64,000 nucleotides of DNA from the NCBI RefSeq assembly GCF_009914755.1, contig NC_060938.1; one strand, 5' to 3'. Both the position numbers and the translations under genes were made by a program. Of this stretch, positions 33,102 to 50,605 are shown in pieces. The notes under the pieces are model-generated. The model did not search any database, was not told where the DNA came from, and saw only the letters and a program-made list of their open reading frames with translations. The stretch is from the human T2T-CHM13v2.0 reference genome, Homo sapiens. Every line of letters starts with the position of its first letter. Position 1 is the stretch's first letter.

Positions 33102-33628
33102 TGTGATGGCTTAATGTTGAGTGTCAACTGGATTGGACTGAAGGATGTAAAGTCTTGTTCCTGTGAGGGTGTTGCCAAAAGGAGATTAACATTTGAGTCA
33201 GTGAACTGGGAGAGGCAGACCCGCCCTCAGTCTGGGTGGGCACCATATAATCAGCTGCCAGCTCATCTAGGACAAAAGCAGGCAGAGGAACATGGAAGGA
33301 CTAGACTGGCTGAGTCTTTCAGTCTTCATCTTTCTCCCGTGCTGGATGCTTCCTGCCCTCAAACATCTGACTCCAAGTTCTTCAGCTTTGGACTCTTGGA
33401 CTTACACCAGTGGTTTGCCAGGGGCTCTCAGGGCTTTGGCCTGAGACTGAAGGCTGCATTGTTGGCTTCCCTACTTTTGAGGTTTTGGGACTTGGATTGG
33501 CTTCCCTGCTCCTCGGCTTGCAGACAGCCTATTGTGGGACTTAACCTTGTGATGGTGTGAGTCAATACTCCTTAATAAACTCCTCGTCATGTTAGTCCTG
33601 TCCCATCTAGAGAACCCTGACTAATACA
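33102..33628 (+). mobile_element. MLT2A (HERV-L) solo LTR
   Basis: TGTGATGG...GAGAACCCTGACTAATACA termini; AATAAA 33574-33579. Confidence 0.85.
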
Positions 33629-33866
33629 CTTAGTGTCCTCAGCCACGCAAAAGCTGATGACTCGCAGCTCTCCCTCCTCCGGGCAGGTGTCCTTCCTGAC
33701 TTCTGGTGCTGAATGTCCACCCTGTCATGGACCTCTGCCTGGGGCTGTCTCACAGGCTCCTCCTACTTAGCATTCTAAAACCAAATTCCTCATCAGTCTC
33801 TTCTTGTATTTATTTTCATGAATGGCACAGTTAGCTAGTTGCCCATCCCAGGAAAAAGAAATCTGA

Positions 33867-34440
<574 letters not shown>

Positions 34441-34787
34441 TGAAGCTCATACTCCTTCAGGTTATGCACATGCTCCCTCCCAAGCATCTCTTTGTCTATC
34501 TTCCCAGCCCCTCTCCCTCTTTACCCCAGGTGTGCCAACCACTCACACTGTCACCTACAGAGACTTCTTCAGCCTTTCTCCTAGTGCTGATTTCCAGCTG
34601 TCTGTCAAAGCTCATGCAATGTCTCCCAGGCCATACCTGCCTGACACTGTCAACACAGTTTTCCTTGCCTCTTCCTCATTAGCAGCTCCAGTGCTTAAGC
34701 ACATTTCCCGACACACAGAAAGTGCTCTGTAAATGGCAAAAGAGTGAACTGTATGGCTCTTTCCATGTCCTACTCCACCTCCAATCA

Positions 34788-35159
<372 letters not shown>

Positions 35160-35617
35160 CTACTTCCCCAGCCAGATTTTCATTATTTATCTATCATCAA
35201 GTATTTTTAAAATGCCTATAGTGTGCCAGGCACTGTTCAGTATACTGGGGATAGAGCAGGGGGAAAAAAATGACAAAAACCCCTACCCTTAAGAGGTTCA
35301 CAGTATAGCATGGGGAATTAGAAATAAGCATCTGTCTCTTCTCTGGTCTTTAAGCACCTCACAGGCACTGGCCATGTCTGCTCATCTGTTTATTCCCATC
35401 ATCTAACAGAGTGCTCAACACATTTGCTTGATGAATACGTTTTGAGCACTGGGAGATGATCACAGAAGAGCTAAGAAGTGATAGCAGTTGTATTTAGTGG
35501 AGAACAGTATTCACACCTTGTTGTCTAGATTGCCTTGAAATCAGGCTCTGTATGATATCTTTTTTTTTTCTCTTAGAAAAAACTGTTAACCTATTTAGAG
35601 TAATTTTATTAAGGAGC

Positions 35618-35910
35618 TTTTTATTTTTTTATTTTTTTTTTTGAGACAGGGTCCCACCCTGTTCCCCAGGCTGGAGTGCAGTGGTTCAACAACCACAGCT
35701 CACTTCAGCCTTGACCTCCTGGGCTCCCACCTCAGTCTCCTGAGTAGCTGGGAACACAGGTACGTGCCACCCTGCCCAGCTAATTTTTTATTTTTTGTAG
35801 AGATGGGGTTCCACTGTGTTGCACAGGCTGGTCTCAAACTTCTGGGCTCAGTCAATCCTCCCGCCTTGGCCTCCCAAAGTGTTAGGATTACAGGCGTGAG
35901 CCATTGTACC
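35618..35910 (-). mobile_element. AluJ
   Basis: Alu consensus match. Confidence 0.85.
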
Positions 35911-36064
35911 TTTAAAAGAAAAAAAGAAAGATTTTTTTTATTTTAAATTAAAAATTATGACATTGCATATCACTGTGAGTGTATTTAATGTTACTGAATT
36001 GTACACTTTAAAATGATTAAGATGGTCAATGTTATGTGTATTTTAACTATAATAAAAGAAAAAA

Positions 36065-36372
<308 letters not shown>

Positions 36373-37065
36373 TAGTTCTTTCTTTTCTTAAGGCTGCATT
36401 TCATTCAGCAAAGAGGCACTCACTATGTAGCCGGCACTACTCTGGGTTTGTGGGCCATAAAGACAGATAAGACACAGTCCCTGTCTTTCGAGGACTTAGG
36501 CTTAGCAGGAGACAGGCACCTGAGCCACAGAGACAATCAAGAGTTGCTCACTGTGCTCAGGGAGAACTCTGTTCGGCCCACACCACCTTAGTTACTAGTG
36601 ACGGCCACCAGACTTGAAGTATCATGAGTACCTGGATCATCACAGAGGAGTCAATCCATTTTTATAGGTCTAACTTGGGTGTTTCCAAAAATGTCAAGTA
36701 ACGAACACACAACAGAACATTTATAAGAGCAGGATTCCAAGGTATCAGTTAGACAGTAAACGGAGGGGCCCAGCCAAGCATATTCCCATGCTGCAAAGCC
36801 ACTTGATATTAGCGCACATCTTGAAGCAATAAACGCTGCCCTGGCAGGCCCTGGCAAATGGCACTTGTGAATATTTAGAAACGGAGCAGCCCTGTTTGGG
36901 AAAACTGTCGTACTGACGCGCTAGGTTGGGAGAGATGAGGTGGAGACAGTTAAAAAAAAAAAAAGAATGAACTGTATGCTTCCAGAAACGTTAAACTCTC
37001 ACTCATGGAGCCTAGTGCATCAAGTTTAGGTCCATTGTAACAGCACTTTAGGTTGTTTCTGATTA

Positions 37066-37346
37066 TTTTTTTCAAGACAGGGTCTCACTTTGTCCCTCAG
37101 GCTAGAGTGCAGTGGCACAGTCATGGCTCACTGCAACCTCAACCCCCTGGGTGTAGATGATCCTCTGACCTCAGCTTCCCAGGTAGCTGAGACTACAGGT
37201 GTGCACCGCCACAGCCAGCTGATTTTTTGTAGAGACAGGGTTTCGCCATGTTGCTAGGCTAGTCTTGAACTTCTGGGCTCAAACAGTTCGCCTGCCTTGG
37301 CCTGCCAAAGTGCTGGGATTACACGCATGAGCCACTGCATCCAGCC
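37066..37346 (-). mobile_element. AluJ
   Basis: Alu consensus match. Confidence 0.85.
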
Positions 37347-37396
37347 TGTTTTTTTCAATGTTTTAACAGCGCATCTTTTGGCTTTAATAATCAGAC

Positions 37397-37694
37397 TTTT
37401 TTTTTTTTTTTTTTGAGATGGAGTCTCACTCTGTCACCCAGGCTGGAGTGCAGTGGTGCAATCTTGGCTTACTGCAACCTCTGCCTCCCGGGTTCAAGCG
37501 ATTTTCCTACCTCAACTTCCTGAGTAGCTGGGACTACAGTCACACGCCATCATGCCCGGCTAATTTTTGTATTTTTAGTAGTGACGGGGTTTCACCATGT
37601 TGGCTGGGATGGTCTCGATCTCCTGACCTCGTGATCCACCCACCTCGGCCTCCCAAAGTGCTGGGATTACAGGCGTGAGCCACCACACCCTGCC
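37397..37694 (-). mobile_element. AluS
   Basis: Alu with TSD TCAGACTTT. Confidence 0.9.
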
Positions 37695-38179
37695 AATAGT
37701 CAGACTTTTAAAAGCAGCAGACCCAGCTAACTGGGAGTGAAGCAGCTGCTCCTCACTAATTTGCTGTCAAGGAGCTGAGCAGATGGAAGCACCATCCTCC
37801 CTCCTCCTGATGCCTCCTCTTCTCTCTGGGGTTTCCACATTTATTGTATTACTGCATTTGGTCTATGGGGTTGACAGTTCAGCAGGACTTCAGGCTGGAG
37901 GTAGGAAACAGGTCCACTGTGGGCATAGCTGCTTGTTAATTCATGGCAGATTAGGCTTTCTGTGAATGGCATGGCTTTTTTCAACCACGAGTTCTCTGAG
38001 GCCTGAAGAAAGTGCTGGTGGAAGGCCGTGTTGCCCGGGCCAAGGAAAGTGTCCTGTTACACAGGGGTTGGTTGTAACTCACTCTGATTCTGTGGTTAAT
38101 CAGAAACAAATCGGCCTGTTTCATAGAAGCCTTTGTTGTTTGTTCTGATGAGATTTTTACCTGCTGTACTTGAGACATC

Positions 38180-38771
38180 AGTAAAAAGTGAAGTAGAGGT
38201 TCCTCTTCAGAGACTTTCCTTCCCATCTAATTAGGAATAAATAGTAACTTCTCTTAGAAGCAAAATTTATTCAAAGACCTGTGCTAACATTCTTAAATAT
38301 CTGCTATCCATAATAAAGAAATCAATGTACTTTAATGTTCTTAGCTCCCACAATTTAGCCTGAATATTTGCCCTGGCATGCTTATACTGGTCCAAGCAAG
38401 TATTAGGTCATAGCCTGTTCCTCTTCCTTATTTGAAGGTGTTTTTACCTTTCTCAACATTGCACAAGTTACTTCCTCCTTCCTTTGTTCTCCTCTGCCTT
38501 TGCCTCTTTTAAAAGGTTCTAAGTTGCCAGCCAATTGGGACAAATACAGGATCTGAGGTCCCATTCCAGCCAATGGAAACTGGACACAGCAGTAGGGTGG
38601 ACGAGTCAGGTTATAAATGACCCTGTCTCCTTTGTTCTATATACTCATGGGGCACAACTACTGGCGAGTGTACCCTTTCTGCAGAAAGTGTAAAAATGGC
38701 CTTGCTGAGGAAATTAAATTTATGTTCAAGTACTATTTCTTTACGGCACCGGGGAACAAGCATTTCAAACA
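38180..38771 (+). mobile_element. LTR10C-like solo LTR
   Basis: Near-copy of 802-1395; CCAAT 38531 and 38570, TATAAA 38612-38617. Confidence 0.8.
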
Positions 38772-38862
38772 CGTACTTGCTGCAGACTCTGCCCTCTGGA
38801 ATGGCTGCGATCCTGTCTCAAATGGATTTGAGCAGAAAAGGGGAAGTGACTGGCAGAAAAGC

Positions 38863-38934
38863 CCAGAGATAGATCTGTGTTTAGGTAAGGTTGTTTGTCC
38901 AGAGATAGAACTGTGTTTAGATAGGGTTGCTTGT
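38863..38934 (+). repeat. 36-bp tandem duplication (2 units, 32/36 identical)
   Basis: CCAGAGATAGATCTGTGTTTAGGTAAGGTTGTTTGT / CCAGAGATAGAACTGTGTTTAGATAGGGTTGCTTGT. Confidence 0.9.
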
Positions 38935-39020
38935 AGGGCCAGGGATGACAGCGTCAAGCCCTGCCTCTTTTTACTCTTGGCTCTCTGCTTTCTTCTCTGT
39001 TGGCTTCCTTCTCGAGCCAG

Positions 39021-39093
39021 CTCTCTCTGTGGGGTGACAAGTGACCACTGGCAGCCTATGCTCACATTGTCCCTGTGTCTAGCAGTTTCAGAG
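39021..39093 (+). other. Candidate cassette 5'-UTR exon
   Basis: Long pyrimidine tract plus GAG/CAG acceptors at 39016/39020; strong donor GAG|GTAAGA. Confidence 0.35.
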
Positions 39094-39138
39094 GTAAGAA
39101 ATACTTCTTTCCCGACAGCTATACAAATACAAAGGTTA

Positions 39139-39426
<288 letters not shown>

Positions 39427-39898
39427 TTCAAAGGATAACTCTGGTTGGCTAGCTGGGGTCATGTGACCATCCTCAACCCAAGCATTGTGCTAAGGAGGAT
39501 GGGCTATTTTGATTGTCACCTAGGTCTGAGATAGTGACTGACAGCCCCACTGGGTACTGGGGGACACTTTTCCAATTTGCTGGGCACGTAATGGTTTCTT
39601 AGGGCTGCCACAACAAATCCCAACTTACTTGGTGGCTAAAAGCAACAGAAATCTCTTATCTCACAGCTCTGGGGGGTAGGAGTTCTACGTCAATGTATTA
39701 GGGGGACTATATTCCCTCTGATGCCTCTAGGGAATGATCCTTCCTTGCCTCTTGCAGCTTCTGTGGCCCCAGGAAATCCTTGGAGTTCCTTGGACTGTAG
39801 CTGCGTCACTCCAATCTCTGCCTCCATCTTCACAGGATGGCCCCTTCTGTGTTTCTCCTGTCATGTCTGTGCCTTCTTTTCTTATAATTACATGTGTT

Positions 39899-40029
39899 GG
39901 GGTGTGCTCAGAGCAGGGGGCCCGAAGAATGCCTCCTCTGTTTACAACACACCCAATAGGAATCTGGGGTCATTGTGACAAGGGACACAGAGCTTGTGAC
40001 CTCCCTACAAACAAATGCCCTACACATTG
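39899..40029 (+). ncRNA. SNORA11B: H/ACA box snoRNA, SNORA11 (U107) family retrocopy
   Basis: Hairpin-hinge-hairpin-tail: GGGTGTG/CACACCC basal stem, H box ATAGGA (ANANNA) 39956-39961, second hairpin, ACA at 40024-40026 exactly 3 nt from the end, then an A-tail; sequence matches my recollection of the SNORA11 family. Confidence 0.9.
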
Positions 40030-40049
40030 AAAAAACAAAAAACGTGTCA

Positions 40050-40180
40050 GACCAGGTGCGGTGGCTCAGGCCTGTTATCTCAGCACTTTGGGAGGCCAAG
40101 GTGGGAGAACTGCTTGAGCCCAGGAGTTTGAGACAAGCCTGGGCAATATAGCAAGACCCCATCTCCACCACACACAAAAA
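40050..40180 (+). mobile_element. Alu monomer (FLAM-like) just after the snoRNA tail
   Basis: Left-arm only. Confidence 0.8.
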
Positions 40181-40518
40181 TGTTACTGGTTTTAGGGTCC
40201 ACTCAATTAATCCATAATAATCTCATCTCAAGATCTTTCACTTAATTGCATCTGCAAAGACCCGTTTTCCAAATAAAGTCATATTCACAGGTATGGGGTG
40301 AGGGTTGGGACTTGGATTTATCTCTTTGGGGGCCACATTCCACCCCCTGTAGGGCAGAAATAAATAGCCACTGTACTCCACCCCTTGACTGCCTGGCATC
40401 CATCCATGGCCTTTTCCACATAAACAGTTCCAGAAATGCACCACCCCAGTGTGGTACAGGCTGCCCACATCCAAGCAAAGCTGGCCGATGTACATTCTTC
40501 TCAGTCAGGCCTTGATGA

Positions 40519-40825
<307 letters not shown>

Positions 40826-41622
40826 TTAGTCCATTTTCTGATAACTCTGTGAGCTGCCAACTGGAGCTAGAAACTCAAGTCAAGTCATGCTGTAGAATCT
40901 GGACCTTGTCCTCGCTGCACCTGCCCCCTCTACACCCCGTTCTCCCTGAGTCTTCCTTCAGACTGCAGCCTTCTGGCCTCTGCCCCAACACACTGGGCCT
41001 GGGCCAGAGGGATGAGGCCGGGCTGTCTGGCCCTTGCCTTCAGGCTGTTTGCGGTTTGGCCAGGCAGGGAACGCCGGGCAGAAGTGGCTGGCAGGGAGCC
41101 AGGGGAAACTGCTTCTTCCGGTTTCTGTCCCCTCTCACACTGTGTCGTCCTTCTCCCAGCCTTTACCTGTGCTCCTAGCCTGGGGCAGGGAATCTGACTT
41201 TTGCAATCCTGAAATATGATTTTCTGGTTCTCAGCTCAGCTGAATTACTTGCCCCAGGCAGAAAGAGAAACTCATGGCTTTCTTTTCTCCTTCCCTGCTT
41301 TCAGAAAGGTCAGCTGGGACTAAAGTGCATCTTTTTCTCACCGAGCTTACTGAAGGCTGAAGAAGGGGCAGCACACCCCAGGCACCTGGCTTTTTTTTTT
41401 TTTTTTTAACAAGTCCTACCAATTTCCAGCCTCATTGAGCATGTGGTCTGACTCACTGGGCTCAACAGGAGAGGCTTTGGCTACCTTGCACCACTTGAGA
41501 GGTGTTGCTCACCCCGAGTCAGGAAGGGAGACCCCACCTTACACCCACCTCAACACAGCAAATTCCAGATATTAGGGTCTGTCATTTGCAAAACCCTGCT
41601 CCTGGTACAGAATTCTGAGTTA

Positions 41623-42001
<379 letters not shown>

Positions 42002-42923
42002 GATCCAGAAAGGGGATTGTATTAGCCTATATAACTGGGAAGCAGGAAAGGCTGGATCCAGATACCTAAATGACAGGATAAGGACTTTGTTTCTCACCCC
42101 CCCTTTGTCCCCTGTTACTCTCCAGCCCTTCTCTCTGCTTGTCTTTCTACTGGTTTTAATGGGATTTCAGGCTGATTTTCATGGAGCTCTAGGCTCACAG
42201 TGCATTTATGTCTAGCAATCCTCTTAGATTCTGAGTTGTTCCAACAGAAGACACAGGAAGGGCTCTGAATGGACTCGCTTGGGACCTCTGCTCACCCCCT
42301 GTATTAAATAACCACCGAGGCCAGATGAGTGGAAATACCCTGGTTAGTTGGCCTGAGTCACATGGCACTATTGATGGGACAGGTAAGGCCCCATGATTGG
42401 CAGCCCTTCTGGGTTGGGGGAAAGACAGTTTCTGAAAGAAAAAAAATGCTAGGGAGACAAAATCAAATGTTAAGGGGCTGGGCTCTCAGCACATTCTTGG
42501 TTTGCATTCTCCAGTGGGTCAGAAGCCTGACAATCCGCCTAGCCTCTGCTTTGAGCGTCAGGGGACCCAGTTCTATTCCTGCATCCTTAGCCATCATCTA
42601 CACACTTTTTATCTTTTCTTTTAAATTTTTAAAAATTGTGAAATCTATATACATATAAGCCATATGTTCAACTTAAAGAATAGTAAACAACTGTGTCCCT
42701 AGGATCCAAGTTAAGAAATAGATCAGAGTCAGTTTCTTAGAAGCTTCTATATGTGCTTCTCCCCAGTCATGTGCTCTCCTGTCTCTACCTGAGGGAAATT
42801 ACAGATTTCATGCTTTTCTTTATAGTTTTCCTTTACACACATACCCTTAAGCCTCTAAGTACTATATGGTTCGGTTTTGCAAAGCCCAGAAGCCTATTTT
42901 AATGCTGTATATAAGAATATGCT

Positions 42924-43068
42924 AGCCGGGTATGGTGACTCATACCTGTAATCCCAGCACTTTCAGAGGCTGTGGCAGGAGGGTTGCTGAAGCCTAGGAA
43001 TTCAAGACCAGCCTGGGCAATATAGGGAGACCCCTTCACTACAAAATAAAAAATTAAAAAAAAAAAAA
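42924..43068 (+). mobile_element. Alu monomer (FLAM-like)
   Basis: Left-arm only. Confidence 0.8.
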
Positions 43069-43089
43069 GAATGTACTATATTGCTGTGA

Positions 43090-43416
<327 letters not shown>

Positions 43417-43765
43417 TCAACATGATGTTTTTGAGCTTCGTTTGTGTTGATGCAGGTAGCTGTAGTTTATTTTTCACCACTGCATAGTGTTACATTGTAT
43501 GATTTTCCCACATTGCATGTACTGTTTAGAGTGTATAACTAAGAATGGATTGCTAGGTTTAAAGGTGCTTCCACTCTATGGGATAATGCTAATTTTTTTC
43601 CCTAAAGTGGTTTATAACAATCAACCCTTGCACTACAAGTCAGTAATGGTGTTTCAGTTGACTTCATTCTTGTCGATTTTAATTTTTGTCAACCCCACAA
43701 GTGTGGCCTGTGTCTCATTATAGTTATAATTTGCATGTATTTAATTACTCTTGAAGTGAAGAATC

Positions 43766-44254
43766 TTTTCTTTTCTTTTTTTTTTTTTTTTGACAGAGTC
43801 TTGCTCTGTCAGGAGGCTGGAGTGCAGTGGCATGATCTCAGCAACCAGCAACCTGCAACCTCCGCCTCCTGGGTTCAAGCCATTCTCCTGCCTCAGCCTC
43901 CCGAGTAGCTGGGACTACAGGCACAAGCCGCCATGCCCAGCTAATTTTTGTATTTTTAGTAGAGACAGGGTTTCACCATATGGGCCAGGATGGTCTCGAT
44001 CTCTTGACCTTGTGATCCGCCCTCCTTGGCCTCCCAAATTGCTGGGATTACAGGTGTGAGCCACCACACCTGGCCAAGAATCTTTTCTTATTTATTTATT
44101 TTTATTTGAGACAAGGTCTTATTCTGTCACCCAGGCTGGAGTGCAGTCGTGCAGTCACAGCTCACACAGCCTCAACCTCCTAGGCTCAAGCGATCTTACC
44201 ACCTCAGCCTCCCAAGTAGTTGGGACCACAGATGTGCACCACCACACCCAGCTA
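43766..44254 (-). mobile_element. AluS (43766-44075) + Alu right arm (44083-44254)
   Basis: Alu consensus match. Confidence 0.85.
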
Positions 44255-44422
44255 ACAGTGCATAATCTTTTCATAGTTATAAACCAACTGTTTTTTCTGT
44301 ACTGTAAATGCCTGTTTATATCTTTCTCCCCATTTTTTTAATGAAGGGGTGGTCTTTTTCTTATTGATTAATGAGAGTTCTTTATATATTCTGGATGGTA
44401 ATTATTCCATATCAGTTTTATG

Positions 44423-44714
44423 TTTTTTTCTTTTTGTGACAGGGTCTCGCTTTGTTGCTCAGGCTGGAGTGCAGGGGCAAGAACATGACTTACTGCAGCC
44501 TCAACCTCCCCGGCTCAAGCAAGCCTCCTGCCTCTCACCCTCCCAAGTAGCTGGGATTACAGCCACGTACTACCACGCCCGGCTAAGTTTGGTATTTTTA
44601 GTAGAGACGAGGTTTTACCATGTTGGCCAGGCTGGTCTGGAACTCCTGGCCTCAAGTGATCTTCCTGTCTTGGCCTTCCAAAATGCTAGGATTATAGACA
44701 CGGAATATCATGCC
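44423..44714 (-). mobile_element. Alu
   Basis: Alu consensus match. Confidence 0.85.
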
Positions 44715-44854
44715 TCAGTGTTATATGCTTGTATATCTACTTGCAGTTTGGGAATGCTTTTGCATTTTATTTATGGTGACTTTTGGACAGAAGTTCTTAA
44801 TTTTGATGTCAAATTTATCTTCTCTAGGAAACCTTTCCCAACTTGAGATATTCT

Positions 44855-45137
44855 CTTTTTTTTTGTCTTTTTATGGGCAATTTTATTCCATTTACATTCA
44901 TTGTCATTACTGATATAGTTGGTTATAAGCCTAACGTCTTTTTTTTTTCTTATACTTCAAGTTGTAGGGTACATGTGCACAACGTGCAGGTTTGTTACAT
45001 ATGTATACATGTGCCATGTTGGTGTGCTGCACCCATTAACTCGTCATTTGCATTAGGTATATCTCCTATGCTATCCCTCCCCTCTTCCCCCACCCCACCA
45101 CAGGCCCCGGTGTGTGATGTTCCCCTTCCTGTGTCCA
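44855..45137 (-). mobile_element. 5'-truncated L1PA with a 3'-transduced segment
   Basis: L1PA 3' UTR 44939-45137, 74-bp extra segment 44865-44938 with its own poly(A), 17-bp TSD CCAACTTGAGATATTCT (44838-44854, 45138-45154). Confidence 0.85.
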
Positions 45138-45248
45138 CCAACTTGAGATATTCTTTCCTGTTATAAAAGTTTCTAATTTCATCCTTCATATTTCGTACTT
45201 CATATTTAAGTATTTGATCTACCTGGATTTGATTTTTGTTACTGATAA

Positions 45249-45561
<313 letters not shown>

Positions 45562-45750
45562 CCAATTTTACTTTTGTACCCACTTGTCTGCAATTACTCT
45601 GTGTCAGAAATCAAGTTTCCAGACATGGCTATGGGTTTTATTTTGTCTTGTTTTCCCTGAGCTCTCAAATTTCCTGTGTTGAACTTCATTTTTTTCCAAA
45701 ATTCATTGTAGACCAATATTTTTGTAAGTACAATAAATATTAATTACTAT

Positions 45751-46851
<1,101 letters not shown>

Positions 46852-47031
46852 CTATTCATCCATCAGTGGACATTGGCTTCCACCTTTTGGCTATTGTGGA
46901 TAATACTGCTATGAATATTGGTATACAAATATCTGTTCGAATCTCTGCTTCCCATTCTTTTGGGTATATACCAGAAGTGGAATTACTGGATTACATGGTA
47001 GTTCAATGTTTAATTTTTAAAAATTATATAT

Positions 47032-47157
47032 ATTTTTTCTAGAGATGGGGTCTTACTATGTTTCCTAGGATAGTCTTATACTCCTGGCCTCAAGCAATTC
47101 TCCCGTCTCAATCTCCCAAAGTGCTGGGATTACAGGCATGAGCCACCGCCTGTAGCC
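47032..47157 (-). mobile_element. Alu monomer (FLAM-like)
   Basis: Left-arm only. Confidence 0.75.
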
Positions 47158-47843
47158 CAATGTTAATTTTCTGAGGAACAGCCATACTGTTTTCACAGAG
47201 GGCTACACCATTTTACCATCACACCAGCAATGTACAAGGGTTCCAGTTACTCCGTGTCCTCACCGATACTTCTTTTCTAATTTTGCTTTTGTCTTTGATA
47301 ATAGCCATCCTAATGTATGTCAAGTGGTATCTCACTGTGGTTTTGATTTGCAGTTCTGTAATGAGGTTGAGCATCTTTTCATGTGCTCAGTGGCCATTTG
47401 TATAGCTTCTTTGGAGAAAGGGCCATTCGAGTCCTTTGCCCATTTAATTGGACTATTCATTTGTTTTTTGAGTTGAGTTGTGGGAGCCCTTTCACTCCAT
47501 CTTAATTACCATAGTTTTCTGTGTCTTAATATCTGGTAGAGGACAAGCCCCCAACCCCAACACACACCTGTCTGTTGCTCTTGTTTAAAAGCGATTTGTT
47601 ATTTTTTGGCCCTTGACCCTTCCCTGTAAGTTTTGGAATCAGCGTGTTCAGTTCCTTTTTAAAAACCTGTTAGGATTTTGATTGGAATTGCCTAGAATAT
47701 ACAATTTAGGGAGAACAGATATATTTACAACATTGCGTCTTTCTGTCGTGAACATGCTGTCTCTCCATTTATTAGTTCTTCTTTAATGTCTTTAAGTAAA
47801 GTTTTACCATATTTTCCATAAACGATTTCACATATTTTGTTAG

Positions 47844-48264
<421 letters not shown>

Positions 48265-48392
48265 TGATTTTATATACAGAAACCTTCCTGAACTCACTTA
48301 CTAATTTTAATAATTTATTTGTAGATAATGTTGGGTTTTCCACGCAATCATAATATCTGCACGTTTTTTCTTCCTTCCCAAGCCTTTACACA

Positions 48393-48694
48393 TTTTTTTC
48401 TTTTTCTTTTTGTGACAGGATCTCACTCTGTAGCCCAGGCTGGAGTGCATTGGTGTGATCTCTGCTCATTGCAACCTCCCCCTCCCAGGCTCAAGCAATC
48501 CTCCCACTAGCCTCCCGAAGTAGCTGGGACTACAGCCGCACACCACCATGCCCAGCTAATTTTTTAATTTTTTGTAGAGACAGGGTTTCTCTATATTTTC
48601 TAGGCTGGTCTTGAGAACTCCTGAGATCAAGCAATCCTCCTGCCTCATCCTCCCAAAGTGCTGGGATTACAGGCATGAGTCACTGTGCCCTGCT
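48393..48694 (-). mobile_element. AluJ
   Basis: Alu consensus match. Confidence 0.85.
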
Positions 48695-48808
48695 GCCTTA
48701 CACATTTTTATTTGCTTTCTTATTCTTGTTCTACTACACAGGCTGGTATAATATGATGGTATTGGGAGTTCTTAGGCCTTGCTCCTGATCTTCACGGGGA
48801 TGCTTTCA

Positions 48809-49145
<337 letters not shown>

Positions 49146-49397
49146 CAAGTGTGGTATAGGCTTTTGCTGTTTTTGTTTTTAACCTTGCTAGATGTTCTTT
49201 ATCAACTTCTAGTTCAAATTAGTTGAGTTTTTATTATTGACAGACATTAAATGCTACTAATTTTTTTTCTGCATTTATTGAGATAGTATCTTTTTGCCTT
49301 TAACATGGTAATATGATGAATTACATGAATCACTTTTCTAATAGTAAACCAATCTTGGATTCTTGGGGTAATTCCAACTTGGCTAGGATACATTAGC

Positions 49398-49703
<306 letters not shown>

Positions 49704-49871
49704 ACATTAGCATTTTTTATACTACAGGGGTAAAAGAAAAGGTGTGATACCTTTCCTTCCCATCAAAGCCAATACTCCTAAAACAAAAGACAAGTTAACA
49801 AGAGAAAAGCATAACAGATTTTCTTAATGAAAGTTTTATGTGACAGGAGAGCCTTTAGAAATTCAGACCCA

Positions 49872-50452
<581 letters not shown>

Positions 50453-50605
50453 TGCAGACCCCCAAGCCTCAGGGAAAACTCTATTTTTATGCTTAGGTTC
50501 GCTGAAAAATGGCCAGCTGTGTAGAAATATGGTTGGACAGAAGAGAGTGATCTAATGCTCATAGAGTGATGGGAGGCAAAGGCCCAGCAGAACGTGTCTG
50601 TTCAG

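Larger units (their letters stand above)
39587..40351 (-). mobile_element. MLT1C MaLR LTR interrupted by SNORA11B and an Alu monomer
   Basis: MLT1 motifs either side of the insert (TTCTTATAA...CTGGTTTTAGGGTCCAC...CATCTGCAAAGACCC). Confidence 0.75.

Noticed and set aside
33114-33560. 148-aa ORF
   Set aside because: Entirely within the MLT2A LTR.
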